Shown in pieces: positions 9,582 through 18,790 of a DNA stretch of 35,625 nucleotides. A program made the position numbers and the translations under genes. The notes beneath the pieces were generated by a model. The model saw nothing but the letters and a program-made list of their open reading frames with translations. It did no database searches and was not told where the DNA came from. Each line of letters starts with the position of its first letter. Within the stretch, counting starts at the first letter, position 1. The DNA is from a virus (lineage: Duplodnaviria > Caudoviricetes). The stretch covers positions 1 to 35,625 of the IMG/VR virus record IMGVR_UViG_3300035397_000191; one strand, given 5' to 3'.

Positions 9582-10151
9582 ATGAATGAAGTAGAAGTAA
9601 AAAAACCGTTTAGTTTGTCAGAAATATATGATAATGAAACAGTAATCGAGATTGCAAAGATTGAACAACTTAACTCTATACTTTGCAGCAAACCAAATGA
9701 AAATTGGGTAAAAACAAACAAGTATGCTAATAATTCGCGTTATTTACCTATTGACAAAGTTGAGTTTCTTTTGAGAAAGATTTTCAAACAGTTTAAAATT
9801 GAAATTACAGGTCAAGGAGTTGCATTTAATGGGGTTTGGGTTTCTGTTAGAGTTCACTATATAGACCCAATTAGCAAAGAATGGCGATACCACGATGGTA
9901 TAGGTGCTGAAGCATTGCAAGTAAAGCAAGGAAGCAGCCCTGCACAATTAGAAAATATTAACAAAGGAGCTTTGTCAATAGCGTTTCCAATTGCAAAAAG
10001 CTATGCCGTAAAAGATGCGTGCGACCATTTAGGGGACATTTTCGGTGCAAACCTTAATCGTAAAGATTCAATCGATTTTTACGTAGACAATAAAATTATT
10101 GAAAATGCTGAAAAAGCAAAAGAAATATTCTCTAAAATTATTAACGAATAA
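9582..10151 (+). CDS. Single-strand annealing protein (Rad52/Sak-like)
   Basis: YLPIDKVE...DGIGA...AKSYAVKDA..LGDIFG; lies between exonuclease and SSB. Confidence 0.7.
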   Translation: MNEVEVKKPFSLSEIYDNETVIEIAKIEQLNSILCSKPNENWVKTNKYANNSRYLPIDKVEFLLRKIFKQFKIEITGQGVAFNGVWVSVRVHYIDPISKEWRYHDGIGAEALQVKQGSSPAQLENINKGALSIAFPIAKSYAVKDACDHLGDIFGANLNRKDSIDFYVDNKIIENAEKAKEIFSKIINE

Positions 10152-10162
10152 ATTTAAAAAAA

Positions 10163-10447
10163 ATGGCAAAAGTTAAAAAAATCTATGATATGTGCGCTAT
10201 AACAGGCACATATACAAACAAAAACAACGAACAAAAAAACGAGTACACTAACATCGGAAAGTTTTTTGTTATGGATGACAACTCTTTTTTTTCAGTTGTT
10301 AAAACAGTTCCAGTAGGAGCTTGGGATGGGAAAGTAAGCTACTTTGAGCAGAAAGAAAAAGAACAAAATAACACTTCACCAGTAGCACATCAAAGCGCAC
10401 CAGTTCAAACTGCACAAGTTAATACAAATGAGTCGCTCCCTTTTTAA
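10163..10447 (+). CDS. ssb: Single-stranded DNA-binding protein (putative)
   Basis: GTYTNKNNEQKNEYTNIG fold pattern, low-complexity linker, C-terminal ESLPF. Confidence 0.75.
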   Translation: MAKVKKIYDMCAITGTYTNKNNEQKNEYTNIGKFFVMDDNSFFSVVKTVPVGAWDGKVSYFEQKEKEQNNTSPVAHQSAPVQTAQVNTNESLPF

Positions 10448-10457
10448 TCATTAACTC

Positions 10458-10481
10458 GCACCGCTTGAAAAATAGCGGTGC
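10458..10481 (+). terminator. Stem-loop after ssb
   Basis: GCACCGCT-N8-AGCGGTGC; no U-tract. Confidence 0.45.
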
Positions 10482-10494
10482 AAAATAAAATAAT

Positions 10495-10755
10495 ATGACT
10501 AAATCAGATAAGCTATTAGCTCAAACAGTTTTACTAGAAAGACTACTCAAAGACAAGTTAGATGAATTTATTGATGAGGTGAAAAAAGATAATACTACTT
10601 TGGCAAATGTTATTCGTAACGATGTTAGAGTATTAACACGTAATCACGATAATTTTTACAAATATATTCGACCAGTAATTAACGAAAATATATTTGAAGA
10701 CTTTGAGAAATTACAATTATTAACAGAAAAGTTTTTTAAAAATGAAGACAAATAA
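10495..10755 (+). CDS. Hypothetical protein
   Basis: ORF with A-rich start context. Confidence 0.65.
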   Translation: MTKSDKLLAQTVLLERLLKDKLDEFIDEVKKDNTTLANVIRNDVRVLTRNHDNFYKYIRPVINENIFEDFEKLQLLTEKFFKNEDK

Positions 10756-10868
10756 TGAAATATCCGAATTAGAACGCGAAAAAGAAGAGATTCTTGAAAA
10801 AATACGTATTACTCAAATTATGAGCATAGAAACAATCCCTTTTATTATAAAACTTAAAAATATATTAA

Positions 10869-11144
10869 ATGAAATTAAAAGAAATAATTAAGCGCAATTA
10901 TGAAGCTACTGTAAGACGAGGGCAAATAAGTATAAAAACATCTTTTGTAGATTTTTTCTTAAAAACTGAAGAAGAGTTTGATGAACTAAAAATGAGTACT
11001 TGGACATCAAATATATATCCATTTGACCCGAAAGAATCAATTGATATTATTTTAGTTCAATTTTCAATGCTTAATCATTATGGTTTTGATGTTGAAAAAC
11101 TTTTAATTGAAAAAGTATTATTTAACGAAAAAAGAGAAGATTAA
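10869..11144 (+). CDS. MazG-like NTP pyrophosphohydrolase
   Basis: KTEEEFDEL...ESIDII...KVLFNEKR all-alpha NTP-PPase pattern. Confidence 0.6.
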   Translation: MKLKEIIKRNYEATVRRGQISIKTSFVDFFLKTEEEFDELKMSTWTSNIYPFDPKESIDIILVQFSMLNHYGFDVEKLLIEKVLFNEKRED

Positions 11145-11145
11145 C

Positions 11146-11364
11146 ATGAAAACTAAATTACAATTTACTGACCCTAATTTTGTATTAATGTGTGCCTTAG
11201 ATTATGTTATTAATAGGAATAAATACGCACCAGATAGGTTAGCAAGTGAAATTGAAGTGCACTGGGCAGATATATCAACAGAGACAAAGGAATATATTAA
11301 GCGAGTAATAAAAAAGGAGTATTACTCTTGTAATCATGAATTTCATAAAATATTAGAGTTATGA
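11146..11364 (+). CDS. Hypothetical protein
   Basis: Start MKTKLQF follows the previous stop. Confidence 0.6.
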   Translation: MKTKLQFTDPNFVLMCALDYVINRNKYAPDRLASEIEVHWADISTETKEYIKRVIKKEYYSCNHEFHKILEL

Positions 11365-11536
11365 AAGCTACGAGAAAGAATGAATATGAGGAAAGGCGAA
11401 TAAGAAAAAATAAAGCTCAAGAGATATTCGACCGTAAAAAAGCTGAATATGAAGAGCGAAACAAAGACAATAAGCCTGAATTTGTAAAAGTTGCGAATGG
11501 ACTTTGGAAAGAAGTAAAAAATACATTAAAATAAGT

Positions 11537-11566
11537 TTTGTAATTGAATAATTATTAGTATTTTTG
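11537..11566 (+). promoter_or_regulatory. Promoter ahead of replication module
   Basis: TTTG-N18-TATTTTTG. Confidence 0.6.
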
Positions 11567-11581
11567 TAGTGTATTAGAAAG

Positions 11582-11675
11582 TCGAACTGCCATTCGATAA
11601 AAGAAATTGAGCGAAAGCTTACAATAAGGGATTAAAAGATGAAGTTGGCAGACTTCTGATTTTATTCCCTTTTTT
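11582..11675 (+). ncRNA. Structured leader RNA/attenuator with kissing loops
   Basis: Hairpin TCGAA-CTGCCA-TTCGA; hairpin with GAAA tetraloop; terminator hairpin GAAGT-TGGCAG-ACTTC extended to AAGGGA/TCCCTT plus T run; the two 6-nt loops are exactly complementary. Confidence 0.65.
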
Positions 11676-11716
11676 AATTTATAATTATGAAACAACAATA
11701 AAAAGGTTGCGTTTAT

Positions 11717-11949
11717 TTTTTAGGGTAAAAAAAGTTTTACCCCTAAAATTGAATATAAGACTTTAATATACAACGTTTTAATATACATATTCTTTTTACA
11801 TTTTTACCGTAAAAATAAAAAAATAAAAAAATAAAAAATAATGTAATTTAATTTTTTTTCTAATTTAATGGGTAAAACTTTTACCGTTAAAATATAATAC
11901 ATAATTATTTGAAATATAGATTAATAACTCTTTTACCATAGAGGTAAAA
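11717..11949. repeat. Putative replication origin with GGTAAAA/TTTTACC iterons
   Basis: 7 copies (11724, 11735, 11802, 11871, 11879, 11931, 11943), mostly as inverted pairs, around an A-rich tract; immediately before the primase-helicase. Confidence 0.65.
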
Positions 11950-11963
11950 ATAAATCAATAAAT

Positions 11964-14285
11964 ATGAACAAACCGACAATATCACGTTGCAACAAACTAT
12001 TAGACGATGGTTTTTCATTGTTGACAGTAGGAGATGGAAAAAAGCCAAATTTCACATGGAAAAAATCACAAACAAAGCCTTTGTCAAAAAATGATTTTAT
12101 AAAATTATATGAATATGCTGGTGGCGAATTTTATAAAGATAAAGACACAAATGAATTAATTGAGATAAAACCAACTTTAGGAATTGGAATAATAACAGGG
12201 TTTAATAATCTTGAAGTAATTGATATTGACTTGAAAGTTTTACCAACTTTGAAAGATCAACAAGATTTTTGGAATGAATATACAATGTACCTTCGGGAGT
12301 CAATCGATGACTTTGATAATAAATTTGTAATTTATAAAACTGTAAACAACGGATACCACATTATATATAAATGTGAAAAAATTGACAGAAATATAAAAAT
12401 TGCTAAACTTCAAGGATATAAAGAAGCTATTATTGAAAGTAGAGGTATTGGTGGATATGTTTGGATATATGATAATCAAGTAAGTAAGTTTGGTTATGAT
12501 AAAGTGCAAGAAATTTCAGAAAAAGACAGAGAGTTGCTTTGGGAAATATCAAGGTCTTTCAATTATGTTGAGCAACAGCCGGAACAACCAAAAGAGATAA
12601 TAAAAGAATACAGAAAAAATGAAAATGATATTACTCCTTGGGAAGATTTTAATAATAAAAACAGAATTTGGGACTTGATAAGCAACGAATTCACAATTGT
12701 AAAAAAGTTATCAAATAAGTTAATTATAAGAAGACACGATGCAACATCTGCAAGTAGTGGAAGTGTTTTTACAAAAGACAATAAAATGTTTTTGTTTTCT
12801 ACCGGAACACAATATCCACACGAGAAGCCTTTAAGCCCTTTTGATATTTATTCAATTAAAAATTACAACGGTGATTTTAAAAAAGCAGCTGCAGATTTAT
12901 ACTCGAAAAATTACGGAAGTAGAAATATTAAAAATAATCCTATAAAAATTGAAAACATAATAAAAGAAAAAACGGAAGATAAAATACCAAATAAAATAAT
13001 ATTTCCAATTGAAATATTTCCTGAAGATATTCAGTATTACATGAATATTTGTAATAAAACATTGAATAGCAATATTGATTATATGGGTTGCTCTTTTTTA
13101 TGGTTAATTTCTTTAATTGTAGGAAATTCAGTGAAAATTAAAGTAAAAAGCGGATGGATTGAAAGTGGCATTGTTTGGATTAGTTTAGTGGGTGAAGCAG
13201 GTATTGGGAAGACACCATCTATAAGCAGAATAATATATCCATTAGAAAAAATTAACAATTTAGAAATAAAAAAATATATTAATAATTCAAAGCTATATGA
13301 AGCATATAATAATTTGGATAAAAAAGAAAAGCAAAATAATGAGGAAGTAAAAAAACCAACAAAATCGCAAATTATAGTTTCAGATTTCACTATTGAAGCA
13401 ATAACAGACTTACATGAAGAGAATAAAAATTCTGTAGGAGTTTTTTGTGATGAATTAGCAGGCTGGTACAAAGATATGAATAAGTATAGAGCTGGTTCAG
13501 ACTTAGAATATTGGTTAAGTAGCTGGTCTAATAAGGGAATTGCACAAAACAGAAAAACAGCTAAAAGTACCTTTGTTGAAAGTCCTATTTTGCCTGTTTT
13601 AGGTGGCATCCAACCTAAAATATTAGTACAATTTTTTACAGAAGAGAATAAAGATAATGGATTTATTGATAGAATGCTTACAACTTATCCCGATGCAATA
13701 GTTGATAATTATAATGAAGAGGATTTAGGGGAAGATGTAATTGATTGGTATAATGATTATATTGTTAATTTTTACAATATGATAAAATTAACAATATTAA
13801 ATTATCATCCTGATGGTGAAATAAAATCAAAAATCGCTATATTATCAGATGGAGCCAAAAAACTATGGGTTGATATTTTTAACAAAATTACTTCGCATCA
13901 AAATTCAGATGAAGAGAATGAATACATGAAAAGTATGTATCCGAAACAAAAATCTTATATACCTAGATTTGCATTATTACTTAATACTTTATATTGGTAT
14001 GATGACAAAGATAATTATTCATTAAGTATAATTTCTGAAAAGGCAATGAAAAACGCAATTGAATTATCTACCTATTTTGTATTAATGGCTAAAAAACACA
14101 AAATTAGTTCGATAGAATATTCAGAAGTAAAAAAAGTAATAACACAAAATGAAAATAAAACTACAAAGGAAAAAATAATTGAAATATTAAATAAAGACCC
14201 GAATACAAAGGTTACATATATTTCAAGTATATTAGGTATTTCAAAAAAAACTGTTTATCAATATATTAATGAATTAAAAAAATAA
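11964..14285 (+). CDS. Bifunctional primase-polymerase fused to DUF3987-type P-loop helicase and C-terminal HTH
   Basis: VIDID, TVNNGYH, ESRGIGGY (PrimPol); GEAGIGKT Walker A, DFTIEA, DELAGW, GGIQP, NGFIDR; ISSILGISKKTVYQY HTH. Confidence 0.88.
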   Translation: MNKPTISRCNKLLDDGFSLLTVGDGKKPNFTWKKSQTKPLSKNDFIKLYEYAGGEFYKDKDTNELIEIKPTLGIGIITGFNNLEVIDIDLKVLPTLKDQQDFWNEYTMYLRESIDDFDNKFVIYKTVNNGYHIIYKCEKIDRNIKIAKLQGYKEAIIESRGIGGYVWIYDNQVSKFGYDKVQEISEKDRELLWEISRSFNYVEQQPEQPKEIIKEYRKNENDITPWEDFNNKNRIWDLISNEFTIVKKLSNKLIIRRHDATSASSGSVFTKDNKMFLFSTGTQYPHEKPLSPFDIYSIKNYNGDFKKAAADLYSKNYGSRNIKNNPIKIENIIKEKTEDKIPNKIIFPIEIFPEDIQYYMNICNKTLNSNIDYMGCSFLWLISLIVGNSVKIKVKSGWIESGIVWISLVGEAGIGKTPSISRIIYPLEKINNLEIKKYINNSKLYEAYNNLDKKEKQNNEEVKKPTKSQIIVSDFTIEAITDLHEENKNSVGVFCDELAGWYKDMNKYRAGSDLEYWLSSWSNKGIAQNRKTAKSTFVESPILPVLGGIQPKILVQFFTEENKDNGFIDRMLTTYPDAIVDNYNEEDLGEDVIDWYNDYIVNFYNMIKLTILNYHPDGEIKSKIAILSDGAKKLWVDIFNKITSHQNSDEENEYMKSMYPKQKSYIPRFALLLNTLYWYDDKDNYSLSIISEKAMKNAIELSTYFVLMAKKHKISSIEYSEVKKVITQNENKTTKEKIIEILNKDPNTKVTYISSILGISKKTVYQYINELKK

Positions 14286-14296
14286 ACATCTTAGTA

Positions 14297-14518
14297 ATGC
14301 AATCAGGCGACAAAATAACAATTAACCGGCAAGTATATGAAGCGTACTGTTTCGATATTGAAAAAAATAGCCTGAAAACAAATTGCAGCTCACCTTGTAT
14401 TATGTGCGATTTTGATGCTTTTAAAGATATGGAAATTTGCAAAACGGTTGATTGCATTAATGGAACTGACTTTTTATATTTGAAAAAATATTCAACACAA
14501 CTAAATTTATTTGATTAA
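14297..14518 (+). CDS. Cys-rich hypothetical protein
   Basis: ORF with CxxPCxxC; ends QLNLFD. Confidence 0.6.
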   Translation: MQSGDKITINRQVYEAYCFDIEKNSLKTNCSSPCIMCDFDAFKDMEICKTVDCINGTDFLYLKKYSTQLNLFD

Positions 14519-14542
14519 ATATTAACAATTAAAATAAAAAAA

Positions 14543-14863
14543 ATGAAAATACAAATAAAACCACTTTCAGTCAATGAAGTATTTCAAGGTAGAAGATTTA
14601 GAACAAAAAAATATGATTTGTATGAAATGCAAGTTAGATATTTATTGCAGAAAATTGAAATACCGAAAGGAAAATTATCAATAAAGTATGAAGTTGGCTA
14701 CAGTAATCAGTTATGTGATATTGACAACTTTATAAAACCGTTTCAGGATATTTTGCAAAAACACTATGAATTTAATGATAGAATGATTTATCATTTAGAT
14801 ATTACTAAGGTTATTGTTAAGAAAGGATTTGAATACATTGATTTTGTAATAAAAGAAATTTAA
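14543..14863 (+). CDS. rusA: RusA-like Holliday junction resolvase
   Basis: KPLSVN, DIDNFIKPFQDIL, FNDRMI. Confidence 0.85.
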   Translation: MKIQIKPLSVNEVFQGRRFRTKKYDLYEMQVRYLLQKIEIPKGKLSIKYEVGYSNQLCDIDNFIKPFQDILQKHYEFNDRMIYHLDITKVIVKKGFEYIDFVIKEI

Positions 14864-14879
14864 AAAAAAATTATAATAT

Positions 14880-15650
14880 ATGATACTTAGACGATTAGGA
14901 AATAAAAAAGCAATAATGCCTAAACTTATACAATACTTCCCCGAACATACTACTTGGATTGAACCTTTTTTTGGCAGTGGTTCGGTTTTCTTTTATAAGA
15001 AAAAAGCGAAATATAATTTTTTAAATGATATTGATTCAAATGTATATAACTGTTTTGATGTTATTATAAGGCATAAAGAAGAGCTTAAAACATATTTGGA
15101 GCTTATTCCTATACATATAGACTTTTGGAACGAATGCAAAACACGGACACCAGATAATAACATCGAAAAAGCAGTTTATTTTTTATTTTTATCAAATTTC
15201 GGATACATGGGTAAGCCTAATACATTGCGATACACACTTGATTATTCAAAAGATGTTCTACTTAAAAATTTAGAATTAACGTATAAAAATTTAGTAAGTT
15301 GCGAGAATCAATTTCTAAATTGTGATTTTCGAGAACTTTTTAAAAAAATATCATTAAAAAATGAAATAGGGATAAATAATTCATTCATATACTGCGACCC
15401 ACCGTACTTGAGTACGGATGATAACTACAGCCATTCTTTTACACAGCAGGATAGTATTGATTTATTCAATACGCTGCAAAATACTGGAATTAAATGGGCA
15501 ATGAGTGAGTTTGATAATCCGTTTATAATTCAACAAGCAAGAGAGAGAAATTTGAATATAATTATTATCGGTGAACGTAGAAATATTAAAAACATACGTA
15601 CTGAAATATTGATAACAAACTACAGAAAAAACGCAACACTTTTTGACTAA
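14880..15650 (+). CDS. Dam/D12-class N6-adenine DNA methyltransferase
   Basis: LGNKK, EPFFGSGSVFF, LNDID, YCDPPY, EILITNY. Confidence 0.92.
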   Translation: MILRRLGNKKAIMPKLIQYFPEHTTWIEPFFGSGSVFFYKKKAKYNFLNDIDSNVYNCFDVIIRHKEELKTYLELIPIHIDFWNECKTRTPDNNIEKAVYFLFLSNFGYMGKPNTLRYTLDYSKDVLLKNLELTYKNLVSCENQFLNCDFRELFKKISLKNEIGINNSFIYCDPPYLSTDDNYSHSFTQQDSIDLFNTLQNTGIKWAMSEFDNPFIIQQARERNLNIIIIGERRNIKNIRTEILITNYRKNATLFD

Positions 15651-15716
15651 AAGTTAAACATTGTTAATTCAATAAAAATAATTTGCTTTTTGTTTTCATA
15701 AACCAAATATACATAT

Positions 15717-15729
15717 TATCTTTGTATCA
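15717..15729 (+). promoter_or_regulatory. -7 promoter element upstream of accessory/cassette region
   Basis: TATCTTTGTATCA, identical to 7165-7177. Confidence 0.65.
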
Positions 15730-15779
15730 ACAAAAAAAGGATAACAAACAATTTAAAAATAAAAGCCATGAATTAGCAA

Positions 15780-15932
15780 ATGATTAAAACAGTACAAGAC
15801 AGAGTTAATGAAATGATTCAAAATGTAAAAATTCAAAATATCATGATTAGTTTTTCAAGTACAGAAGAAGCACAAGAATGGATTATAAAAGCAGCTATTG
15901 CAACATTAATAATACCAGCAAATGAAAGATAA
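15780..15932 (+). CDS. Hypothetical 50-aa protein
   Basis: Hand translation MIKTVQDRVNEMIQ...AAIATLIIPANER. Confidence 0.6.
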   Translation: MIKTVQDRVNEMIQNVKIQNIMISFSSTEEAQEWIIKAAIATLIIPANER

Positions 15933-16191
15933 AAAACTTCCAATACTCATCTTTATAGAAGCTATAAAGAGGAGAGAAATAGAAATATCATACAATACAA
16001 TTGATGGTATTTGCGTAGAAGGTGCAGAAAAATATATTGAGTATGAATTTAGCGAACTGATAGAATGCCATTCAGAAGGTATAAGATATATGGCACAAGA
16101 CACAATCGTTCCGCAGCCTGTTAGCATTGAATATATCAAAAATAAATATAATGGAAAAAAGAGGCGGAAAACGAACACCAAAAGAAGGTAA
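15922..16191 (+). CDS. Hypothetical protein
   Basis: ORF track; overlaps both neighbours. Confidence 0.6.
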   Translation: MKDKKLPILIFIEAIKRREIEISYNTIDGICVEGAEKYIEYEFSELIECHSEGIRYMAQDTIVPQPVSIEYIKNKYNGKKRRKTNTKRR

Positions 16192-16309
16192 AAAAATCGG
16201 CAGACCGAAAAAAGAGCCAACCAAAGTTATAAGTTTTAGAGTTCCTATAAAATATTCTGAATTGTTAAAAACAAAATTCAAAAACTATTTAGATAGTTTT
16301 GCTAAATAA
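16152..16309 (+). CDS. Small basic DNA-binding protein (RHH-like)
   Basis: MEKRGGKR...GRPKKEPTKVISFRVP; start approximate. Confidence 0.6.
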
Positions 16310-16442
16310 AAAACAGCCAATTCGCAAATTATTGCAATGTCCACTGACAATGCTATGATTATTATTTCGCAAAGTGCGCTAAAATAGAAATAAACGACAT
16401 AGTACTTAATAAAGATAATTAAGTCAGACTAGGCTGTTTTTT
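16308..16442 (+). other. Multi-stem structured element closed by an 11-bp inverted repeat
   Basis: AAAAAACAGCC/GGCTGTTTTTT enclosing CTGAC/GTCAG, CTATG/CATAG, TTATTTC/GAAATAA and TTAAT/ATTAA stems. Confidence 0.55.
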
Positions 16443-16468
16443 CTTTTTATTTAAATATTAAAATAATA

Positions 16469-16900
16469 ATGGACTTTAAAATAAAACATTTGCAACTTTA
16501 TTTAGCCGGACAATATAACTTGCTACATAAATCTTTAGGCGTTGAATTAGTCGAGTTAGGTTTTTTAAATTACAGAAAACTAACCGCTGAAAATTACGAA
16601 TTCTGGTGGTATGAAATTGAAGATAAATCAAAAATTGATAGAAAATCTTTTACATACAATTGGAGCGATTTAATTCCGACAAGGAAAATAGAAATGATAA
16701 AAAAATATATTGCATTTCATAATCAAAATGAAAGTATGTATAAACTAATCACAGCAATTTTAAACATAGAATCAGCAAGGTTTGACGGTATAGATATGCT
16801 TATAGGTAAATCAGAATTTGAAAAACAAATTGAGTTCTACTATGCCGGTCGACTTAAGAAACAACCTCGGCAAGCGCAACTTTTTTTTAATTATTCCTAA
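16469..16900 (+). CDS. Hypothetical protein heading the cassette array
   Basis: 143 aa; its TAA stop is the TAA of the first TAAC core. Confidence 0.75.
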   Translation: MDFKIKHLQLYLAGQYNLLHKSLGVELVELGFLNYRKLTAENYEFWWYEIEDKSKIDRKSFTYNWSDLIPTRKIEMIKKYIAFHNQNESMYKLITAILNIESARFDGIDMLIGKSEFEKQIEFYYAGRLKKQPRQAQLFFNYS

Positions 16901-16943
16901 CGACAAATGCTATTGGCGTAGGCGTGTGTTATGGGCATGCCGT
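16894..16943. repeat. attC-like site S1 (internally collapsed)
   Basis: TTCCTAAC...TAGGCGTGT-GTTATGGGCATGCCGT; only 34 bp from TAAC to GTTA, no full stem. Confidence 0.65.
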
Positions 16944-16974
16944 TTCTCTTATATTAATCTTAAAATTCAATAGT

Positions 16975-17076
16975 ATGTTAGAAATCTTTGTATCAATTTG
17001 TTCAGGTTTTATCGGATGGTTAATTGCTTATTCAATAATAAAATATATTCAAAAATGGAAACGAAACACGAAGTAA
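16975..17076 (+). CDS. Cassette A: 33-aa membrane peptide
   Basis: MLEIFVSICSGFIGWLIAYSIIKYIQKWKRNTK. Confidence 0.5.
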   Translation: MLEIFVSICSGFIGWLIAYSIIKYIQKWKRNTK

Positions 17077-17249
17077 AAATGATTGAAGTTGATTTTCTTT
17101 GTCCTAAATGTGAAAAAGGAAATTTAAGACCAAACGGAAATGTGTCTTAGTTGTCAGATCCTCAACAATTTCCTCATAAATGTAATAGTTGCGATTATGA
17201 GCAAACTTTTACTGTAAAATATCCAACTCTGTCTTATGTTATAGTATAG
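17055..17249 (+). pseudogene. Cassette A: zinc-ribbon protein with in-frame TAG
   Basis: METKHEV...CPKCEKGNLRPNGNVS*LSDPQQFPHKCNSCDY...; TAG at 17148-17150 lies between the two CxxC motifs. Confidence 0.7.
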
Positions 17250-17263
17250 CTGTCTTTTTTTTT

Positions 17264-17371
17264 ACGGCTGCGCATAACGACCGAAATATGGGCGCACGGC
17301 TGCGATAAACTTTCAACCTTGCACAAACTTTCTGCCGTGTATCCTTTTAGGTGCGTGTTATGTTTCAGGGC
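17264..17371. repeat. attC-like site S2
   Basis: ACGGCTGCGCATAAC ... CACGGC/GCCGTG stem ... GTTATGTTTCAGGGC. Confidence 0.8.
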
Positions 17372-17414
17372 TTTCTTATCTTCAAACAAAATATTAATCT
17401 TTAAACATAAAAAA

Positions 17415-17672
17415 ATGGAATTAATTGATTCACAAGAAAAAACACTTTTTTCTGATATTGAAAAAATCAAAAATCAGATAGCAGCATTTAAAGAACGTGG
17501 TTTTATGGGTTCTTATGGAAATTTTTTGCCATATACTGTAAAACAAGCTGATAAAATATCCGTGAAATTAAAAGAGGCAGGGATTAACTTTGAAATACAA
17601 AAGTCAACTAAAAAAGGATATATAAAGGTCGTATTTTCAGACCTGCTCGATTTGCCTGTTTTTTTGCCTTGA
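17415..17672 (+). CDS. Cassette B hypothetical protein
   Basis: Start MELIDSQEK; stop lies inside the end arm. Confidence 0.7.
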   Translation: MELIDSQEKTLFSDIEKIKNQIAAFKERGFMGSYGNFLPYTVKQADKISVKLKEAGINFEIQKSTKKGYIKVVFSDLLDLPVFLP

Positions 17673-17810
17673 ACATAACTGTTTGCATAAGATTAGTACG
17701 GGGATAGAAAGCGAAAACCTCCTGAACTACTCGAAACTTATTAAAATGTAATTCGCTCAAATTTGGCACTAAACCCCGTATTAATTTTATGCTGTGTTAT
17801 AGCCAGTTAT
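17666..17810. repeat. attC-like site S3
   Basis: GCCTTGAACATAAC; 19-bp stem GCATAAGATTAGTACGGGG/CCCCGTATTAATTTTATGC; GTTATAGCCAGTTAT. Confidence 0.88.
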
Positions 17811-17821
17811 TTATCAATATT

Positions 17822-18082
17822 ATGACAGAACAAGAAAAAACAATTGCAAAGATTTTTGACAAATCAGTTGAAGCATTAGGAATAATGACAAAATCATTAT
17901 GTGATGCAATCAAATCAACAAAAACAGAAAAGCGATATGTAATGTATCAAGACCAAAAATGCGAACTACTTGGAACAACTGATGCAGGTGGAACTTTAAA
18001 TACAGGGGGATTAGCATTTTGTATTATCATACCAGGCGGGAAAGTCAAAAATGTTCAAGATACGCACTGCACTTTCTTATAA
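17822..18082 (+). CDS. Cassette C hypothetical protein
   Basis: Start MTEQEK; stop lies inside the end arm. Confidence 0.7.
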   Translation: MTEQEKTIAKIFDKSVEALGIMTKSLCDAIKSTKTEKRYVMYQDQKCELLGTTDAGGTLNTGGLAFCIIIPGGKVKNVQDTHCTFL

Positions 18083-18198
18083 TTGGCTATAACGGACAAC
18101 TGCTATGATTATAAGCCCAATTACGGGTGCATAGCTTTCGTGAAGCGATGCAATTAATGCGGTCAGGTGAACATAGACGAGTTTTATGCGGTCATTGT
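18079..18198. repeat. attC-like site S4 (core G mutated to T)
   Basis: ATAATTGGCTATAAC; CTATG/CATAG and TGCAT/ATGCA stems; tTTATGCGGTCATTGT. Confidence 0.75.
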
Positions 18199-18254
18199 TG
18201 GTTTTTCTTCAAATTAAAATTGTATTATCTGTACTTAATAGATTAAAAGCAAAT

Positions 18255-18437
18255 ATGAATAGATTTCAAGTGTACAAAATTGTACGAAATAATAGAAAAA
18301 TGCACATTATGAGTTTATTTTCTGAAAATAGAATTACTGCAATTTCAGAATTTAAAAAAGAACATAAATGGGCTATAATTGGGTTTAAATTTTGGAACTA
18401 TTATATAACTGGGTTAATGCAAAATGGAAACTATTAA
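18255..18437 (+). CDS. Cassette D ORF1
   Basis: Start MNRFQVYK. Confidence 0.55.
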   Translation: MNRFQVYKIVRNNRKMHIMSLFSENRITAISEFKKEHKWAIIGFKFWNYYITGLMQNGNY

Positions 18438-18576
18438 ATTCAAAATTTGGAATGATTATAGTAAAAGTTTAATCCGTTGTGTTCGAGCTCACTATCCTAA
18501 AGATAAATATGTTGTTGTTAAAAAGAAAAAATATCATAAATATACTACTTACTACTTAAAATTAAAGACAAAATGA
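18424..18576 (+). CDS. Cassette D ORF2, basic 50 aa
   Basis: Hand translation METIKFKIWNDYSK...LKLKTK; ATGA overlap with next ORF. Confidence 0.55.
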   Translation: METIKFKIWNDYSKSLIRCVRAHYPKDKYVVVKKKKYHKYTTYYLKLKTK

Positions 18577-18782
18577 AAACAGAAAAAAAGTATTTAGAAA
18601 GAGAATTAGTGTCATTTGCTAATTATGTTTTATCAGAAGATAGAAAAGGAACTATCCACAAAGGTCATTCACAATCTATTGTTTATCATTCAGATATAGA
18701 AAATTGGAAAGTTTCCTGTAAAAATGCAGATAAACGACCAATTGAATTGTCAGAAAACGGCACTCCGCTGCGACCCTGTTAG
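18573..18782 (+). CDS. Cassette D ORF3
   Basis: ELVSFANYVLSEDRK...VYHSDIENWK. Confidence 0.7.
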   Translation: MKTEKKYLERELVSFANYVLSEDRKGTIHKGHSQSIVYHSDIENWKVSCKNADKRPIELSENGTPLRPC

Positions 18783-18790
18783 TTTTTTTT

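Noticed and set aside
11687-11728. ATG AAA CAA CAA TAA AAA GGT TGC GTT TAT TTT (MKQQ*KGCVYFL), possible GIY-YIG/T5orf172 gene remnant
   Set aside because: Too short to support; it runs directly into the origin repeats
16344-16393. Hammerhead ribozyme (CTGA...GAAA)
   Set aside because: The core reads CTGACAA, not CTGANGA, and the stems do not fit the topology
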